Positions 1-9,835 of a stretch of DNA of 64,000 nucleotides are shown here, in pieces. Position numbers and translations under genes: made by a program. Location: the NCBI GenBank assembly GCA_026707585.1, contig JAPOWQ010000069.1:2035-66034 (forward strand), given 5' to 3'. Positions within the stretch are counted from its first letter, which is position 1, and every line of letters starts with the position of its first letter. The notes under the pieces were generated by a model, which saw only the letters and a program-made list of their open reading frames with translations, was not told where the DNA came from and did not search any database. This DNA comes from Chloroflexota bacterium (GTDB lineage Bacteria > Chloroflexota > UBA11872).

Positions 1-3000
1 GATCCCCAACACACGGCGCCACCGTCCTCGCGCAGCGCGCAGGTGTGTTGCTCGCCGCTGCTCACGGCCGCAAAGCGCTCGTCCGCTGGCGGCGAGGCCT
101 GTCCGTGCGTGTCGTCGCCCCAACAGAGCGGCGCGCCGTCCTCGCGCAGCGCGCAGGTATGCAACTCCCCACTGCCGACCGCAACAAACGGGCCGCCGGC
201 GATAGGCGGATAGCGCGCCGCGCCGGACTCGAAGCGCCCGCCCCAGCAGACCGGCGTCCCGTCCGTGCGAAGGCCGCACGTAAAGTCACCGCCACTGCTC
301 ACCGCGCTAAGTTGCTCGCCGTGCGGCGCTACCGCTCGTCCGCCAGGGGTTTCATAACCGCCGGCGTTTGAGCCCCAGCAGACCGGCGTCCCGTCCGCGA
401 GCAATCCACACGTGTGCTGTCGGCCGCTGCTCAGGGCGGTAAACGCCACGCCGTGCGGCGGTGACGTCACGCTCCCGGCCATGCCCCAGCAGACCGGCGT
501 GCCATCGGCGCGCAGCGCGCAGGTGTGCTCCTCGCCGCTGCTCACGGCAACGAATCGCTCGGCCCGCGTTGGCGTCGACTTGCCGTGCTCGTCGTCCCCC
601 CAGCAAACCGCCACGCCGTCGGTTCGCACGCCGCAGGTGTGGATCGCGCCGCTGCTCAGCGCTGTGAACTGCACGCCTTCGGGCGGCGACGCCTCACCGT
701 AGTCGTCGCTCCCCCAGCAGATCGCGGCGCCGTCGCTACGCAGCCCGCAGGTGTGAGTGCTTCCGCTGCTGAGCGCCGTAAACCGTTCGTCCTCCGGCGG
801 CGACGCCTGCCCCTGCTCGTCGTATCCCCAGCAGACCGCCACGCCGTCCGACCGCAACCCGCACGTGTGCGAGCCGCCGCTCGTCAGCGAGGAATACGTC
901 TCGCCCTGCGGCGCCGCGGTCCGCCCTGCTCCGCTCGAACCCCAGCAGGCAGCCGTCCCGTCCTCGCGCAGCGCGCAGACATGCCCGTAGCCGCTGCTGA
1001 TGGCGACGAAGCTCTGAACACTGACCGTCTCGAACTGCGAACGTACGGCCGATTCGGTCGGCGTGACGAAGCCGCTGCCCCAACAGATGGGACGGCCGTC
1101 CGTACGCAGCGCGCAGGTATGCACCGCGCCGATGCTGATCGTGCTGAAGTGCTCGCCCGGCGGAGCGACCGCATTTCGTTCCCCCCAGCAGACCGGCGTG
1201 CCGTCGGCGCGCAGTCCGCACGCGTGATCCGGGCCGGTGCTGATCGCGACGAAGCGCTCGACATATGGCGGCGTCGACGTCTCGTCATCCGGATCGCCCC
1301 AGCAGAACGGGCTGCCGTCCTCGTACAGGGCGCAGGTGTAGTCCGAGCCACTGCTAATGGCGGAAAACCGCGAATCTTCCGGCGGCGAGGCCTGGCCGTC
1401 GTAGTCCTGGCCCCAGCACACCGCCGACTCATCCTGGCGCAGCGCGCACGTGTGCGTGAGCCCGCTACTGATGGCGCTGAAGCGTTCGTCCACCGGCGGC
1501 GACGCCTGGCCATCATGGTCCTTGCCCCAGCACGCGGCCGAGCCGTCGTCACGCAGCGCACAGCTGTGAGCCCAGCCACTGCTGATTGCAACGAACTGCT
1601 CGCCGGCCGGCGGCTCGGTCCGGCCATCCGCCGCATCGCCCCAGCAGATCGCCTCGCCGTCGTCGCGCAGGGCACACGTATGTCGCCCTCCGCTGCTGAC
1701 CGCAATGAACGTCCCTTCCGCGGGAGGCGTGGCCTGGCCGTAGTCATTGAGACCCCAGCACCGCAGCGTGCCGTCGGGGTCGATCGCACAGGTATATCGG
1801 TTGCCGCTGCTGACGGCCGTCAGCGCGTGATCGCCTACAGCCCAGAATCGCTCGCGGCCGACGGTGTCGAGGTCGAACCCGAGCTTTGCGGGGCCGAATC
1901 GCCAGCATGCGTAGGTGCCGTCCGCCCGCAGGCCGCAGGTGAAGGTGTTTCCGCTGCTCACCGACACAAACCGTTCCCCGGGACGCGGCGACGCCTGGCC
2001 GCGGTCCGACCACGGATCGGCTGCGCCCCAACACACGGGCGTGCCGTCTTCTCTCAGCGCGCAGGTGTGGTAGCTGTTCGTGCTGATGTCCACGAAACGC
2101 TCGTGCTCCGGCGGCGTGGCCTGGCCGTCGGTGTCGCGGCCCCAGCAGACGGCCGCGCCGTCCTCGCGCAGTCCGCAGGTGTGCTGCCAGCTACTGGTGA
2201 TCGCCGTGAACTTCTGACCCTCCGGGGGCGTGGTCCGGGCATCCCCGTCGGAGCCCCAGCAGACCGCCTCGCCGTCGGCCCGTAGCGCGCAGGTGTGGCT
2301 CCAGCCGGCACTGATGGCCGTGAACTGTTCGTCCGCTACCGCCGCGGTTTCTTCGGCGCTCTCGCGGCCCCAGCAGACCGGCGTTCCGTCCTCGCGCAGG
2401 GCGCAGGTTCGGCCGGGGCCGCTGCTGATTGAGACGAACCGCTCGCCTGCCGGCGGCGAGAACTCACCATCCTCGTCATCCCCCCAGCAGACGGCCACGC
2501 CATCCAGGCGGATGCCGCAGGTGTGAAGCGACGCGCTGCTGATGGCGGCGAATTTCACACCGGGCGGCGGCGATGCCTGACCGTAATGGTCGTTGCCCGC
2601 GCACCAGGCGAAGCCTTCATTGGTGATACCGCAGACGTGTCCACCGCCGCTGCTCAGCGCCACCAGCGGCGCCCCAGGATCGTAGGGATCGGGCGGGATC
2701 GGCTCGGAACCCAGGTACCGCGCACCCTCGGGCGGGGACGCCTGACCGTACGAATCGTCGCCCCAGCAGGCCACGGTGCCGTCGTCGGCGCGCAGCCCGC
2801 AGGTGTGCGCCATCCCGCTGCTGAGCGACGCGAATTTCTGCCCCGGCGGCGGGCTGTCCGCCAGATCCCCCCAGCACACCGGCGTTCCGTCCTTCGTGAG
2901 CCCACAGGCATGGGCTCCGCCGCCGCTGACGGCGATCAACCAGAGGTCCGGCGGCGGATACCTCGCAAGGTTGGGCATCTCCGAATAGCTCCCCCAGCAG

Positions 3001-3785
3001 AACGGCGAGCCTTCCAGCGGCACGCCGCACGTATAGCCGTGGGCCCCCTCGATCGACGCAAACTCGGCTTCCGGCGGAGCTTCCCAACCGCCAAACGGAC
3101 CCGGCCCCGGCTCCGGCCCCCAGCAGACGACGGTTCCGTCCTCGCGAATGCCGCAGGCGTGATTGGCGCCGCTGGTGATGGCCGTGAAGCGCTCGTCGTC
3201 GGGCGGCGAAGCCTGCCCGGATTCGTCATTCCCCCAGCAGGCCACCGAGCCATCCTCACGCAGCCCGCAGGTATGCGCGCCGCCGCTGCTGATGTCGGTG
3301 AAGACTTCGCCATCCGGCGGGACGGTCTGGCCGAACCCCACCTGGCCCAGGCCCTCGGACTGGTCGTCCAGACCGGCGCCCCAGCACGCCACGCTTCCGT
3401 CGTCCCTCACACCGCAGATGTGAAAGCCGCCACTGCTGATGGCCACGAATCGTTCGCCGGCTGGCGGCGACGCCTGACCGAAGTCCACGAGGCCAGGTTC
3501 CGCCCCATCGTCGGGGGGACCGGCACCCCAGCACAGAACTTCGCCATTCGCCCGTAGGGCGCACGTATGAAAGTTCCCGCTGCTCACGGTCACGAACCGC
3601 TGGTCCGGCTTCGGAGGTTCGGCCGCACCCGTCGGAATCAGCGCCGGGCCCGGGCTGGGCTCCTGCGCCTGCACCGCGGGCTGCAAGGCCGCTACCAGCG
3701 CCAGGGCCAACGCCGCCACGGCTGGACCACCCGTCCGCAGAATGCCGCGAAACGAGAGGTGCGCCAACGAGCGGTTCCCCAACAT
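1..3785 (-). CDS. Secreted RCC1-like (ATS1/regulator of chromosome condensation type) beta-propeller repeat protein; 3' end lies outside the window
   Basis: Reverse-strand translation from the ATG at 3785 gives MLGNRSLAHLSFRGILRTGGPAVAALALALVAALQPAVQA/QEPS, a signal peptide. About 30 tandem units (by-eye count) follow, of the form F(V/T)A(I/V)SSGxxHTC(A/G)LRxDG(T/S)xVCWG..GQ(A/S)(S/T)PP. The frame is open to base 1, so it is absent from the ORF track. Confidence 0.85.
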   Translation of the reverse strand, partial: MLGNRSLAHLSFRGILRTGGPAVAALALALVAALQPAVQAQEPSPGPALIPTGAAEPPKPDQRFVTVSSGNFHTCALRANGEVLCWGAGPPDDGAEPGLVDFGQASPPAGERFVAISSGGFHICGVRDDGSVACWGAGLDDQSEGLGQVGFGQTVPPDGEVFTDISSGGAHTCGLREDGSVACWGNDESGQASPPDDERFTAITSGANHACGIREDGTVVCWGPEPGPGPFGGWEAPPEAEFASIEGAHGYTCGVPLEGSPFCWGSYSEMPNLARYPPPDLWLIAVSGGGAHACGLTKDGTPVCWGDLADSPPPGQKFASLSSGMAHTCGLRADDGTVACWGDDSYGQASPPEGARYLGSEPIPPDPYDPGAPLVALSSGGGHVCGITNEGFAWCAGNDHYGQASPPPGVKFAAISSASLHTCGIRLDGVAVCWGDDEDGEFSPPAGERFVSISSGPGRTCALREDGTPVCWGRESAEETAAVADEQFTAISAGWSHTCALRADGEAVCWGSDGDARTTPPEGQKFTAITSSWQHTCGLREDGAAVCWGRDTDGQATPPEHERFVDISTNSYHTCALREDGTPVCWGAADPWSDRGQASPRPGERFVSVSSGNTFTCGLRADGTYACWRFGPAKLGFDLDTVGRERFWAVGDHALTAVSSGNRYTCAIDPDGTLRCWGLNDYGQATPPAEGTFIAVSSGGRHTCALRDDGEAICWGDAADGRTEPPAGEQFVAISSGWAHSCALRDDGSAACWGKDHDGQASPPVDERFSAISSGLTHTCALRQDESAVCWGQDYDGQASPPEDSRFSAISSGSDYTCALYEDGSPFCWGDPDDETSTPPYVERFVAISTGPDHACGLRADGTPVCWGERNAVAPPGEHFSTISIGAVHTCALRTDGRPICWGSGFVTPTESAVRSQFETVSVQSFVAISSGYGHVCALREDGTAACWGSSGAGRTAAPQGETYSSLTSGGSHTCGLRSDGVAVCWGYDEQGQASPPEDERFTALSSGSTHTCGLRSDGAAICWGSDDYGEASPPEGVQFTALSSGAIHTCGVRTDGVAVCWGDDEHGKSTPTRAERFVAVSSGEEHTCALRADGTPVCWGMAGSVTSPPHGVAFTALSSGRQHTCGLLADGTPVCWGSNAGGYETPGGRAVAPHGEQLSAVSSGGDFTCGLRTDGTPVCWGGRFESGAARYPPIAGGPFVAVGSGELHTCALREDGAPLCWGDDTHGQASPPADERFAAVSSGEQHTCALREDGGAVCWG

Positions 3786-4073
3786 CAGTCCCGGTACATT
3801 TTGATACGTTGCTATAGAGTACGCACAAAACGGTTCAACCGTTCCCTCGGACGTCTGGATTCTCAGACGCTGTGTGCTGCCGGAGCCCCCGGTTGCCGTC
3901 GTGCCAACGACCGCGTTAGCGTCACCCCCGCCACGCCGCCATTCGTTCCGTCATCCTGATTGACCGCGCGGCCGGAGGTGGTGCGTCGACTCTCCACAGT
4001 CGGTTCGCCGCCTGCACCGGTGCTCCCGAGGCTCGCAGGTGGCCGGCTGGACGGCCTCCAAACGAAGTCGGCG

Positions 4074-4385
4074 CTAGAGCTCCGAACTCGCCAGCCGGCT
4101 GTCCAGTATTGACGGCTTGACGCTAATTTGGTCCTGACGCTGGCGTGCCTGCGCCAGGTCGTAGGCGGTCTGGAGACGCAGCCAAAACTCGGCATTCGAC
4201 CAGCCGGCCTTTTCGAGTCGAATCGCCATCTCCGGCGAAATCGCCGCGTGCCCGTTCAATACGCGCGAGAGCGTATGTCTCGCTACACCCAGGCCCTTAG
4301 CCGCATCGGTCACGCTAAGGCCCAGCGGCTCAAGGCAAGTCATCTGAATGCTGCGTCCCGGATGTGGGGGATCGTACATCGGCAT
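4074..4385 (-). CDS. higA: HigA-family antitoxin (XRE-type HTH)
   Basis: 103-aa [43 protein letters not shown] is a typical HigA/VapI helix-turn-helix. It lies 16 nt downstream of the toxin gene on the same strand. Confidence 0.8.
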   Translation of the reverse strand: MPMYDPPHPGRSIQMTCLEPLGLSVTDAAKGLGVARHTLSRVLNGHAAISPEMAIRLEKAGWSNAEFWLRLQTAYDLAQARQRQDQISVKPSILDSRLASSEL

Positions 4386-4401
4386 TTATTTCTCCTTTGA
4401 C

Positions 4402-4680
4402 CTAGTGGTAGTCGACGAAGTCCACGTCGAAGACGTCGTCACCGTCGAATCGAAAGACAATCCTCCAATTCCCAGTGATCCTGATGCTCCAGAATCCTCG
4501 AAGACGTCCCTTCAGTTGATGTAATCGAAATCCCGGAACCGCCAGGTCGTCTGGTGACCGCGCCGAGTCAAGGATCGCCAAAGCAACCCTGATCCGCTCC
4601 CGCTGATCCGCTCGCAGCCCGCTGGCATCGCCTTGGTCGTGGAGCCGCTTGAGCCCACGGTGTCGGATTGTCCGAATCAC
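4402..4680 (-). CDS. higB: HigB-family toxin (RelE/ParE fold, plasmid maintenance system killer type)
   Basis: 92 aa. FRLHQLKGRLRGFWSIRITGNWRIVFRFDGDDVFDVDFVDYH matches the HigB signature. The toxin-first order with higA is typical. Confidence 0.8.
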   Translation of the reverse strand: MIRTIRHRGLKRLHDQGDASGLRADQRERIRVALAILDSARSPDDLAVPGFRLHQLKGRLRGFWSIRITGNWRIVFRFDGDDVFDVDFVDYH

Positions 4681-4740
4681 TCTGGAGTGTACCGCGTATC
4701 GGTACGAGTATCAAGATTGACTTGGCTGGGGAGTGGGCGC

Positions 4741-5016
4741 CTAGCCAGCTGGCGATTTCGACCCGCCGGGCCTTCCCGCCCGCCACGCCATCTTCATGTA
4801 CACGTCTCCCTGCTCCAGTTCGTCCAGCATCTGCTGAAGACGGCGGGCCTTCGTCTCGGGCCGCTTGGCCCGGTCGATCCAGCCCAGATAATCGTTCCGC
4901 TGGTACGGCGGGCGGGCCTGGTAAAGCTCCATCAGGCCGGCATCCGCCAGGGCGCGTTCGACCTCGGCCGGCATGGGGTTGAGTGGTCGGGTGAGACGAG
5001 ACGAACGGTCAGACAT
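4741..5016 (-). CDS. YdeI/OmpD-associated family protein (short form)
   Basis: ARPPYQRNDYLGWIDRAKRPETKARRLQQMLDELEQGDVYMKM resembles the C-terminal YdeI-type domain. The start is uncertain: ATG at 5016 or at 5040. Confidence 0.55.
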   Translation of the reverse strand: MSDRSSRLTRPLNPMPAEVERALADAGLMELYQARPPYQRNDYLGWIDRAKRPETKARRLQQMLDELEQGDVYMKMAWRAGRPGGSKSPAG

Positions 5017-5158
5017 CAGTCGGCCGAAGGATGGAGGCATTCGTCGCCGAGGCTACCGCAGGCCCGTAGTGACTACGGAATGCCGTGCCGTCATTGCCCA
5101 ACCTGCTCGAACCGTCGCATGCTGCGGGGATTCACTCCCCCAATCCAAGGACTCCCCA

Positions 5159-6367
5159 ATGCCAACCCCCGCCGCGCTCTCCTGGTGGCACGACGCCCGC
5201 TTCGGCATGTTCATCCATTGGGGGCTGTACTCCCTCCTGGCCCGCCACGAGTGGACGATGTACCAGGAGAGCATTCCCCCCGAGGAATACAAGGTCCTGG
5301 CCGACCAATTCGATCCCCAGCACTACAACCCCGACGAGTGGGTGGCGCTGGCCCAGGACGCGGGCATGCGCTACATGATCCTCACCTCGCGCCACCACGA
5401 AGGCTTCAGCCTCTGGGACTCCCAGGTCTCCGACTTCACGGCTCCCAAAACGGCCGCCAGGCGCGACTTGCTGGCCGAGTTCGTCAACGCCTGCGAGAAG
5501 CGCGGCATGCGCTACGGCTTCTACTACTCGCTGCTGGACTGGCGCTACCCGGCCTACTTCCGCGGCAAGGCCCGCGACCCGGAGGGCTGGGCCGAGTTCC
5601 TGGATTACGTCCACGCGCAGGTGCTGGAACTGTGTACCGAATACGGCGACCTCTCCGTGCTCTGGTACGACGGCGGCTGGCCCTACACGCCCGAGGACTG
5701 GAACTCGACCCCGCTCAACGCCGAAGTCCGGCGCTTGCACCCCGACATTCTCATCAACAACCGCTCCATGCAGCCGGAGGACTTCGACACGCCCGAGCAG
5801 CACGTCACGCCCTCCCCGGATCGGCTCTGGGAAAGCTGCATGACCATGAACACGACCTGGGGCTACTCGACCATCGACCGCGAGTGGAAGTCCCCCCGCC
5901 AGCTCATTCACTACCTGGTCACCGCGGCCAACGGCGGCGGCAACTACCTGCTGAACGTGGGACCCGATCCCGACGGCCGCATCCCGTTCGAATCCGTGGA
6001 GCGCCTGCGCGTCATGGGCCGCTGGCTGGATGTCTACGGCGAATCGATCTACGGCAGCGAACCGACTGCCGACCGGCTGCGCATTAGCAGCGCGGGCCGC
6101 ACCCACACCAAGATCGGCAACACGCTCTACCTGCACTGCTGGCGCTGGCCCGGCGAGGAGATCGTGGTCGGCGGCGTGGGTGGACGCATCCTCGGCGCGC
6201 GCCTGCTGGGATCGGATGCACCGGTCGCCGTGGAGCAACGCGGACACCGCGCCTGGCTGCGGGGCCTTCCGGCCTACGCTCCCGATCCCATCGACACGGT
6301 TATCGCCCTGGAGTTCGACGGCCTGCCCCAGGAGCACGATCGCTTCGGCGACGAGCCTGGAGTCTGA
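5159..6367 (+). CDS. Alpha-L-fucosidase, glycoside hydrolase family 29
   Basis: WWHDARFGMFIHWGLYS...MILTSRHHEGFSLWDS are GH29 hallmarks. The ATG at 5159 is preferred over the track start at 4973, whose N-terminus is an Arg-rich extension. Confidence 0.85.
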   Translation: MPTPAALSWWHDARFGMFIHWGLYSLLARHEWTMYQESIPPEEYKVLADQFDPQHYNPDEWVALAQDAGMRYMILTSRHHEGFSLWDSQVSDFTAPKTAARRDLLAEFVNACEKRGMRYGFYYSLLDWRYPAYFRGKARDPEGWAEFLDYVHAQVLELCTEYGDLSVLWYDGGWPYTPEDWNSTPLNAEVRRLHPDILINNRSMQPEDFDTPEQHVTPSPDRLWESCMTMNTTWGYSTIDREWKSPRQLIHYLVTAANGGGNYLLNVGPDPDGRIPFESVERLRVMGRWLDVYGESIYGSEPTADRLRISSAGRTHTKIGNTLYLHCWRWPGEEIVVGGVGGRILGARLLGSDAPVAVEQRGHRAWLRGLPAYAPDPIDTVIALEFDGLPQEHDRFGDEPGV

Positions 6368-6388
6368 TCTTTCAGCCGGGCTGAGCGT

Positions 6389-7006
6389 TCAGCTTGGCGC
6401 TTGTTGCCCGTCGCCGGTGAGCGGCACGAAGCGCACCGGGCCGAGGTTTGTTGACGTCTCACCCTCCTCGGTCCGCTCCACCACCCACAGCGTCTGGTCC
6501 CAGGCGTTCGAACCCACCGGAACAACCAGCCGCCCACCGACACGCAACTGGGGGATCAACGGCCGCGGAATCCGGCTGGCCGCCGCCGTGACGATGATGG
6601 CGTCGTAGGGGGCGTGCTCTTCCCAGCCGAGGTAGCCGTCAGCGGTGTCTAACTCGATGCCGCGATAGCCGGCATTCCGCAGATTCGTCGCTGCCCAGGC
6701 GCTGAGCTGCGGAATGATCTCCACACTGAATACCCTGGCGCCCATCTCGGCCAGCACCGCCGCCTGGTAGCCCGATCCCGTTCCGATCTCCAGTACCCGG
6801 TCGCCTGAGCCGATGGCTAGGGCCTCGGACATCAGCGCCACCACCAGCGGCTGCGAGATGGTCTGGCCCCGGCCGATCGACAGCGGTGCGTTGTCGTAGG
6901 CCTCGCGCTCGTCATCGGGCCTGACGAAGTGGCGCCGCTCAACCCGCTCGATGGCTTCCAGAACCGGCTCGGAATGCACGATGCCGGCCCGCCGGATCTC
7001 CGCCAT
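6389..7006 (-). CDS. pcm: Protein-L-isoaspartate O-methyltransferase
   Basis: GQTISQPLVVALMSEAL...VLEIGTGSGYQAAVLAEMG...DAIIVTAAA are PIMT motifs. The ATG is at 7006. Similarity to the paralogue continues upstream, so a GTG near 7069 is also possible. Confidence 0.8.
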   Translation of the reverse strand: MAEIRRAGIVHSEPVLEAIERVERRHFVRPDDEREAYDNAPLSIGRGQTISQPLVVALMSEALAIGSGDRVLEIGTGSGYQAAVLAEMGARVFSVEIIPQLSAWAATNLRNAGYRGIELDTADGYLGWEEHAPYDAIIVTAAASRIPRPLIPQLRVGGRLVVPVGSNAWDQTLWVVERTEEGETSTNLGPVRFVPLTGDGQQAPS

Positions 7007-7170
7007 CAACTTCTCGCGCCCACGCCGCCGCTTCCAGAACACTTGGTATCCGTCGTGGTCAAACACCTGCAAATCGCAGCTTGTCACACCCTGCGCTCCG
7101 GGCGGACGTCGTCGCGATGCCCTATGTTGAGAGCCGCCGACCGCGGTCGCTGCGGCGTGGAGGCTTGCGG

Positions 7171-9780
7171 ATGACGGCCGGAGTGTCTCCGTCGAGTCAA
7201 CGGACCGGGGTCTGGATCTGGTGCCGGGGCGAGCCCAAGCCCTACCACTACTATCTATACGCCCGCCGCTCATTTGCGCTCACCCGGCAGCCCAGCCAGG
7301 CGCGCTTGCACGTCACGGCATCGGATCGCTATGTCGTGTACGTCAACGGGGCCTACCTGGGCCGCGGCCCGGCGCGCAGCGATCCCAGGCGCAAGAGCTA
7401 CGACACGTACGACCTGGCCTCCAAACTCCGTTCCGGCGCCAACGTCATCGCCGTCCGCGGCTACCACTACGGGGCGGCGAGCCAGGGCGAGGGCTGGCAC
7501 TCGCAGAGCGGCAACGCCTACACCGTGGGCGAACGCGCCGGCCTCTGGGCTGAACTGGAGATCACGCTTCCGGACGGCACGTCTGAGGTCTTCGGAACGG
7601 ATTCCCGCTGGAAGCTGCGAGCGGCCGCGGCCTGGAGCCGGGACGTGCCGCCGCTCGAGGGAACCTTCGGCAGCCCCGAGGTCTATGACGCCAGCGCCGA
7701 CCCGCCGGACTGGATGCGGCTGGAATTCGACGACTCGGGCTGGTCCCCGGCCTGGCAGATACCGCCCCGCGAATTGGACTGGTTCCTGCTGGAGCCCCGT
7801 TCGACGCCGCTGCTGCGAGAGCGCGAGGTATTACCCACCCGGTTGGTGACGGTCGGCGAGGTAATCGACCAGGAACCACCCGCGTTCGCCTACGGCCCGC
7901 CCACGAAACGCCGCCGCCGATCAAGCCTCGACGTGGCGCGCCTCCTGGCCGCCGAGCTCCGGCTTCCCCTGGAACACGTGCGTGCGCAGCGGCCGGACGC
8001 CGTCCTCACCGGCGACGACACCGCCGCCTTGTTCCAGGGCGCCGTCGTCGCCGGGCACGGCATCCGCCAGCCCTTCCTTGTGCTTGACTTCGGTCGCCAG
8101 GTATTTGGCTTTCCACGCATCCGGCTGGACGCCCCGCCGGGCGCGAAGCTGGACCTGACCTACGACCAACTGTTGGTCGACAACCTCGTGCCGTCCAGGC
8201 TCCCAGTTGCCGACCGCTACCTGGCCCGCGCCGGTGAGCAGGTGTGGGAGGTAGCGGCCTATCGCCAGTTTCGCTACCTGCATCTCACCGTCCGCAGCCC
8301 CGAAACCCCGGTCCGCATCCGCGGCATCGCGCTGAACTCGTACGAGTACCCGGCCGAGCGGCGCGGCGCCTTCGCCTGCGCCGATCCCCTCCTTACAAAG
8401 TTGTGGACGGCCTGCGCCGACACCGTCTATCTGAACATGGAGGACACGCTCACCGGCGACGCCTGGCGCGAGCGCGCCCAATGGGCCGGCGGCGACCCGC
8501 GTCAGGGCATCCAGGGCATGTACGTGGCCTACGGCGACCTGCCGCTGGCCGACCGGCTGCTGCGAACCTTCCCCGCCACCGATCGCGGCGACGGCAGGCT
8601 CGAGATCACGTTTCCGCCGGCCCGGATCGATCCACGCATCTTCATCCCCCAGCACCTGCTCGCCTGGAGCCTGAACGTTCGTGAGCACTACCTCTTCACC
8701 GGGCGACGCGACGTAGCCGAAGACCTGTACCCCAGCGTGCAGCGGCAAATCGACTGGTACGAACCGTACCGGGACAACCTGGGCCTGCTGCGTGACCTGC
8801 CCGGCTGGAACTGGCTGGACTGGGCGCCCGTGGACCTGCGAGGCGCCAATCTGGCCACCAACATCTTCTACGCCATCGGCCTGGAGGCCGCGGCCTGGCT
8901 GGCCGAGCAGTTGGATCACAAGGCGGACGCGCGCCGCTGGAACGGCATCGCGCAATCGGTTCGGGCACAGATCCGCCGCGTATTCTGGAACCCAGAGCGC
9001 GGCCTGTACGAAGACAGCCACCACCACGGCAAGCTGACGGGCCTCGCCAGCGAACACGGCAATGCCCTCGCCCTGATCCATGGCCTGGCGACCTCCAAAC
9101 AGGCCGAGCGGATCGCTGCCAGGCTCAGCGTCCGGGATCCGTCGCTGACACCGGCAAGTCCCGCCTACTTCGGCGACGTGCTCACCGCGCTGCTGCGCGT
9201 CGGGCTGTCGGCGCGGGCCCTGGAAGGGGTCCGCGAGCGCTTTCGTCCCATGCTCGAACTCATGGACAACCCCACGGTCTGGGAAGCCTGGGGCCCCTTC
9301 ATCTCGCATCACGACCCCATTACCTCGGACGAACAGGTGGCCACGCGCCACCAGATGCGTCACGCCGCCCCGCGCAGCCTCACGCATGTGAGCGCGGTGG
9401 GAGCCGGCGTGGCGCTGACGACCGACCTCCTGGGCGTGACCCCAACTGGTCCGGGGTTTCAGACCTGCCGGATTCGCCCGCACCCCGGCGTGCTGGACTG
9501 GGCCAACGGCGTGGTCCCCACGCCCCACGGCGACCTACGAGTGTCCTGGGAACGCACCGGCACCGGCCTGGCCCTCACCGCCGACCTCCCCGACGGCGTG
9601 CAAGCTGACCTCACGCTGGATCGGGACGCGCACCGGCCGCAGACGCTCGTCGTCAACGACCGGATCCACGACCTGCAGAACCCTGACGCGGGCGTGCAGC
9701 TAGCCCCCGCTACCGTCAGCGTGCGGCTATCCCCTGGCGAACACCGCATCGAGCTCAGGCGCAGTGACACAGGCGGCTAA
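7171..9780 (+). CDS. GH78-like alpha-L-rhamnosidase family protein, (alpha/alpha)6 barrel
   Basis: The N-terminal YYLYARRSF..L.VTASDRYVVYVNGAYLGRGPARSD block and the later TGDAWRERAQWAGGD block resemble bacterial rhamnosidase N-terminal and six-hairpin domains. The ATG at 7171 is preferred. Confidence 0.65.
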   Translation: MTAGVSPSSQRTGVWIWCRGEPKPYHYYLYARRSFALTRQPSQARLHVTASDRYVVYVNGAYLGRGPARSDPRRKSYDTYDLASKLRSGANVIAVRGYHYGAASQGEGWHSQSGNAYTVGERAGLWAELEITLPDGTSEVFGTDSRWKLRAAAAWSRDVPPLEGTFGSPEVYDASADPPDWMRLEFDDSGWSPAWQIPPRELDWFLLEPRSTPLLREREVLPTRLVTVGEVIDQEPPAFAYGPPTKRRRRSSLDVARLLAAELRLPLEHVRAQRPDAVLTGDDTAALFQGAVVAGHGIRQPFLVLDFGRQVFGFPRIRLDAPPGAKLDLTYDQLLVDNLVPSRLPVADRYLARAGEQVWEVAAYRQFRYLHLTVRSPETPVRIRGIALNSYEYPAERRGAFACADPLLTKLWTACADTVYLNMEDTLTGDAWRERAQWAGGDPRQGIQGMYVAYGDLPLADRLLRTFPATDRGDGRLEITFPPARIDPRIFIPQHLLAWSLNVREHYLFTGRRDVAEDLYPSVQRQIDWYEPYRDNLGLLRDLPGWNWLDWAPVDLRGANLATNIFYAIGLEAAAWLAEQLDHKADARRWNGIAQSVRAQIRRVFWNPERGLYEDSHHHGKLTGLASEHGNALALIHGLATSKQAERIAARLSVRDPSLTPASPAYFGDVLTALLRVGLSARALEGVRERFRPMLELMDNPTVWEAWGPFISHHDPITSDEQVATRHQMRHAAPRSLTHVSAVGAGVALTTDLLGVTPTGPGFQTCRIRPHPGVLDWANGVVPTPHGDLRVSWERTGTGLALTADLPDGVQADLTLDRDAHRPQTLVVNDRIHDLQNPDAGVQLAPATVSVRLSPGEHRIELRRSDTGG

Positions 9781-9835
9781 CGCCACCTCGCGTGTGACGA
9801 TCTATTGACCAGCGCATCCAGTCGGCTGTGATTCC

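Noticed and set aside
45-3557. Long plus-strand ORFs (for example 525-2285 at 586 aa and 2523-3557 at 344 aa), plus the many short minus-strand ORFs listed across 1-3.8 kb.
   Set aside because: Their Arg/Ala-rich composition has no domain logic. They are out-of-frame or antisense shadows of the RCC1-repeat gene, whose own frame (minus strand, from 3785) is open through the whole region.
4633-6337. ORFs 4633-6087 (+, 484 aa) and 5132-6337 (-, 401 aa).
   Set aside because: They overlap the GH29 fucosidase frame, which has clear catalytic-family motifs. These alternatives are Arg/Pro/Gly-rich, the usual high-GC artefact.
7921-9528. 535-aa minus-strand ORF antisense to the GH78-like gene.
   Set aside because: It has no motifs and a Gly/Ala/Arg-rich composition. 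The plus-strand frame carries the recognisable rhamnosidase-like blocks.
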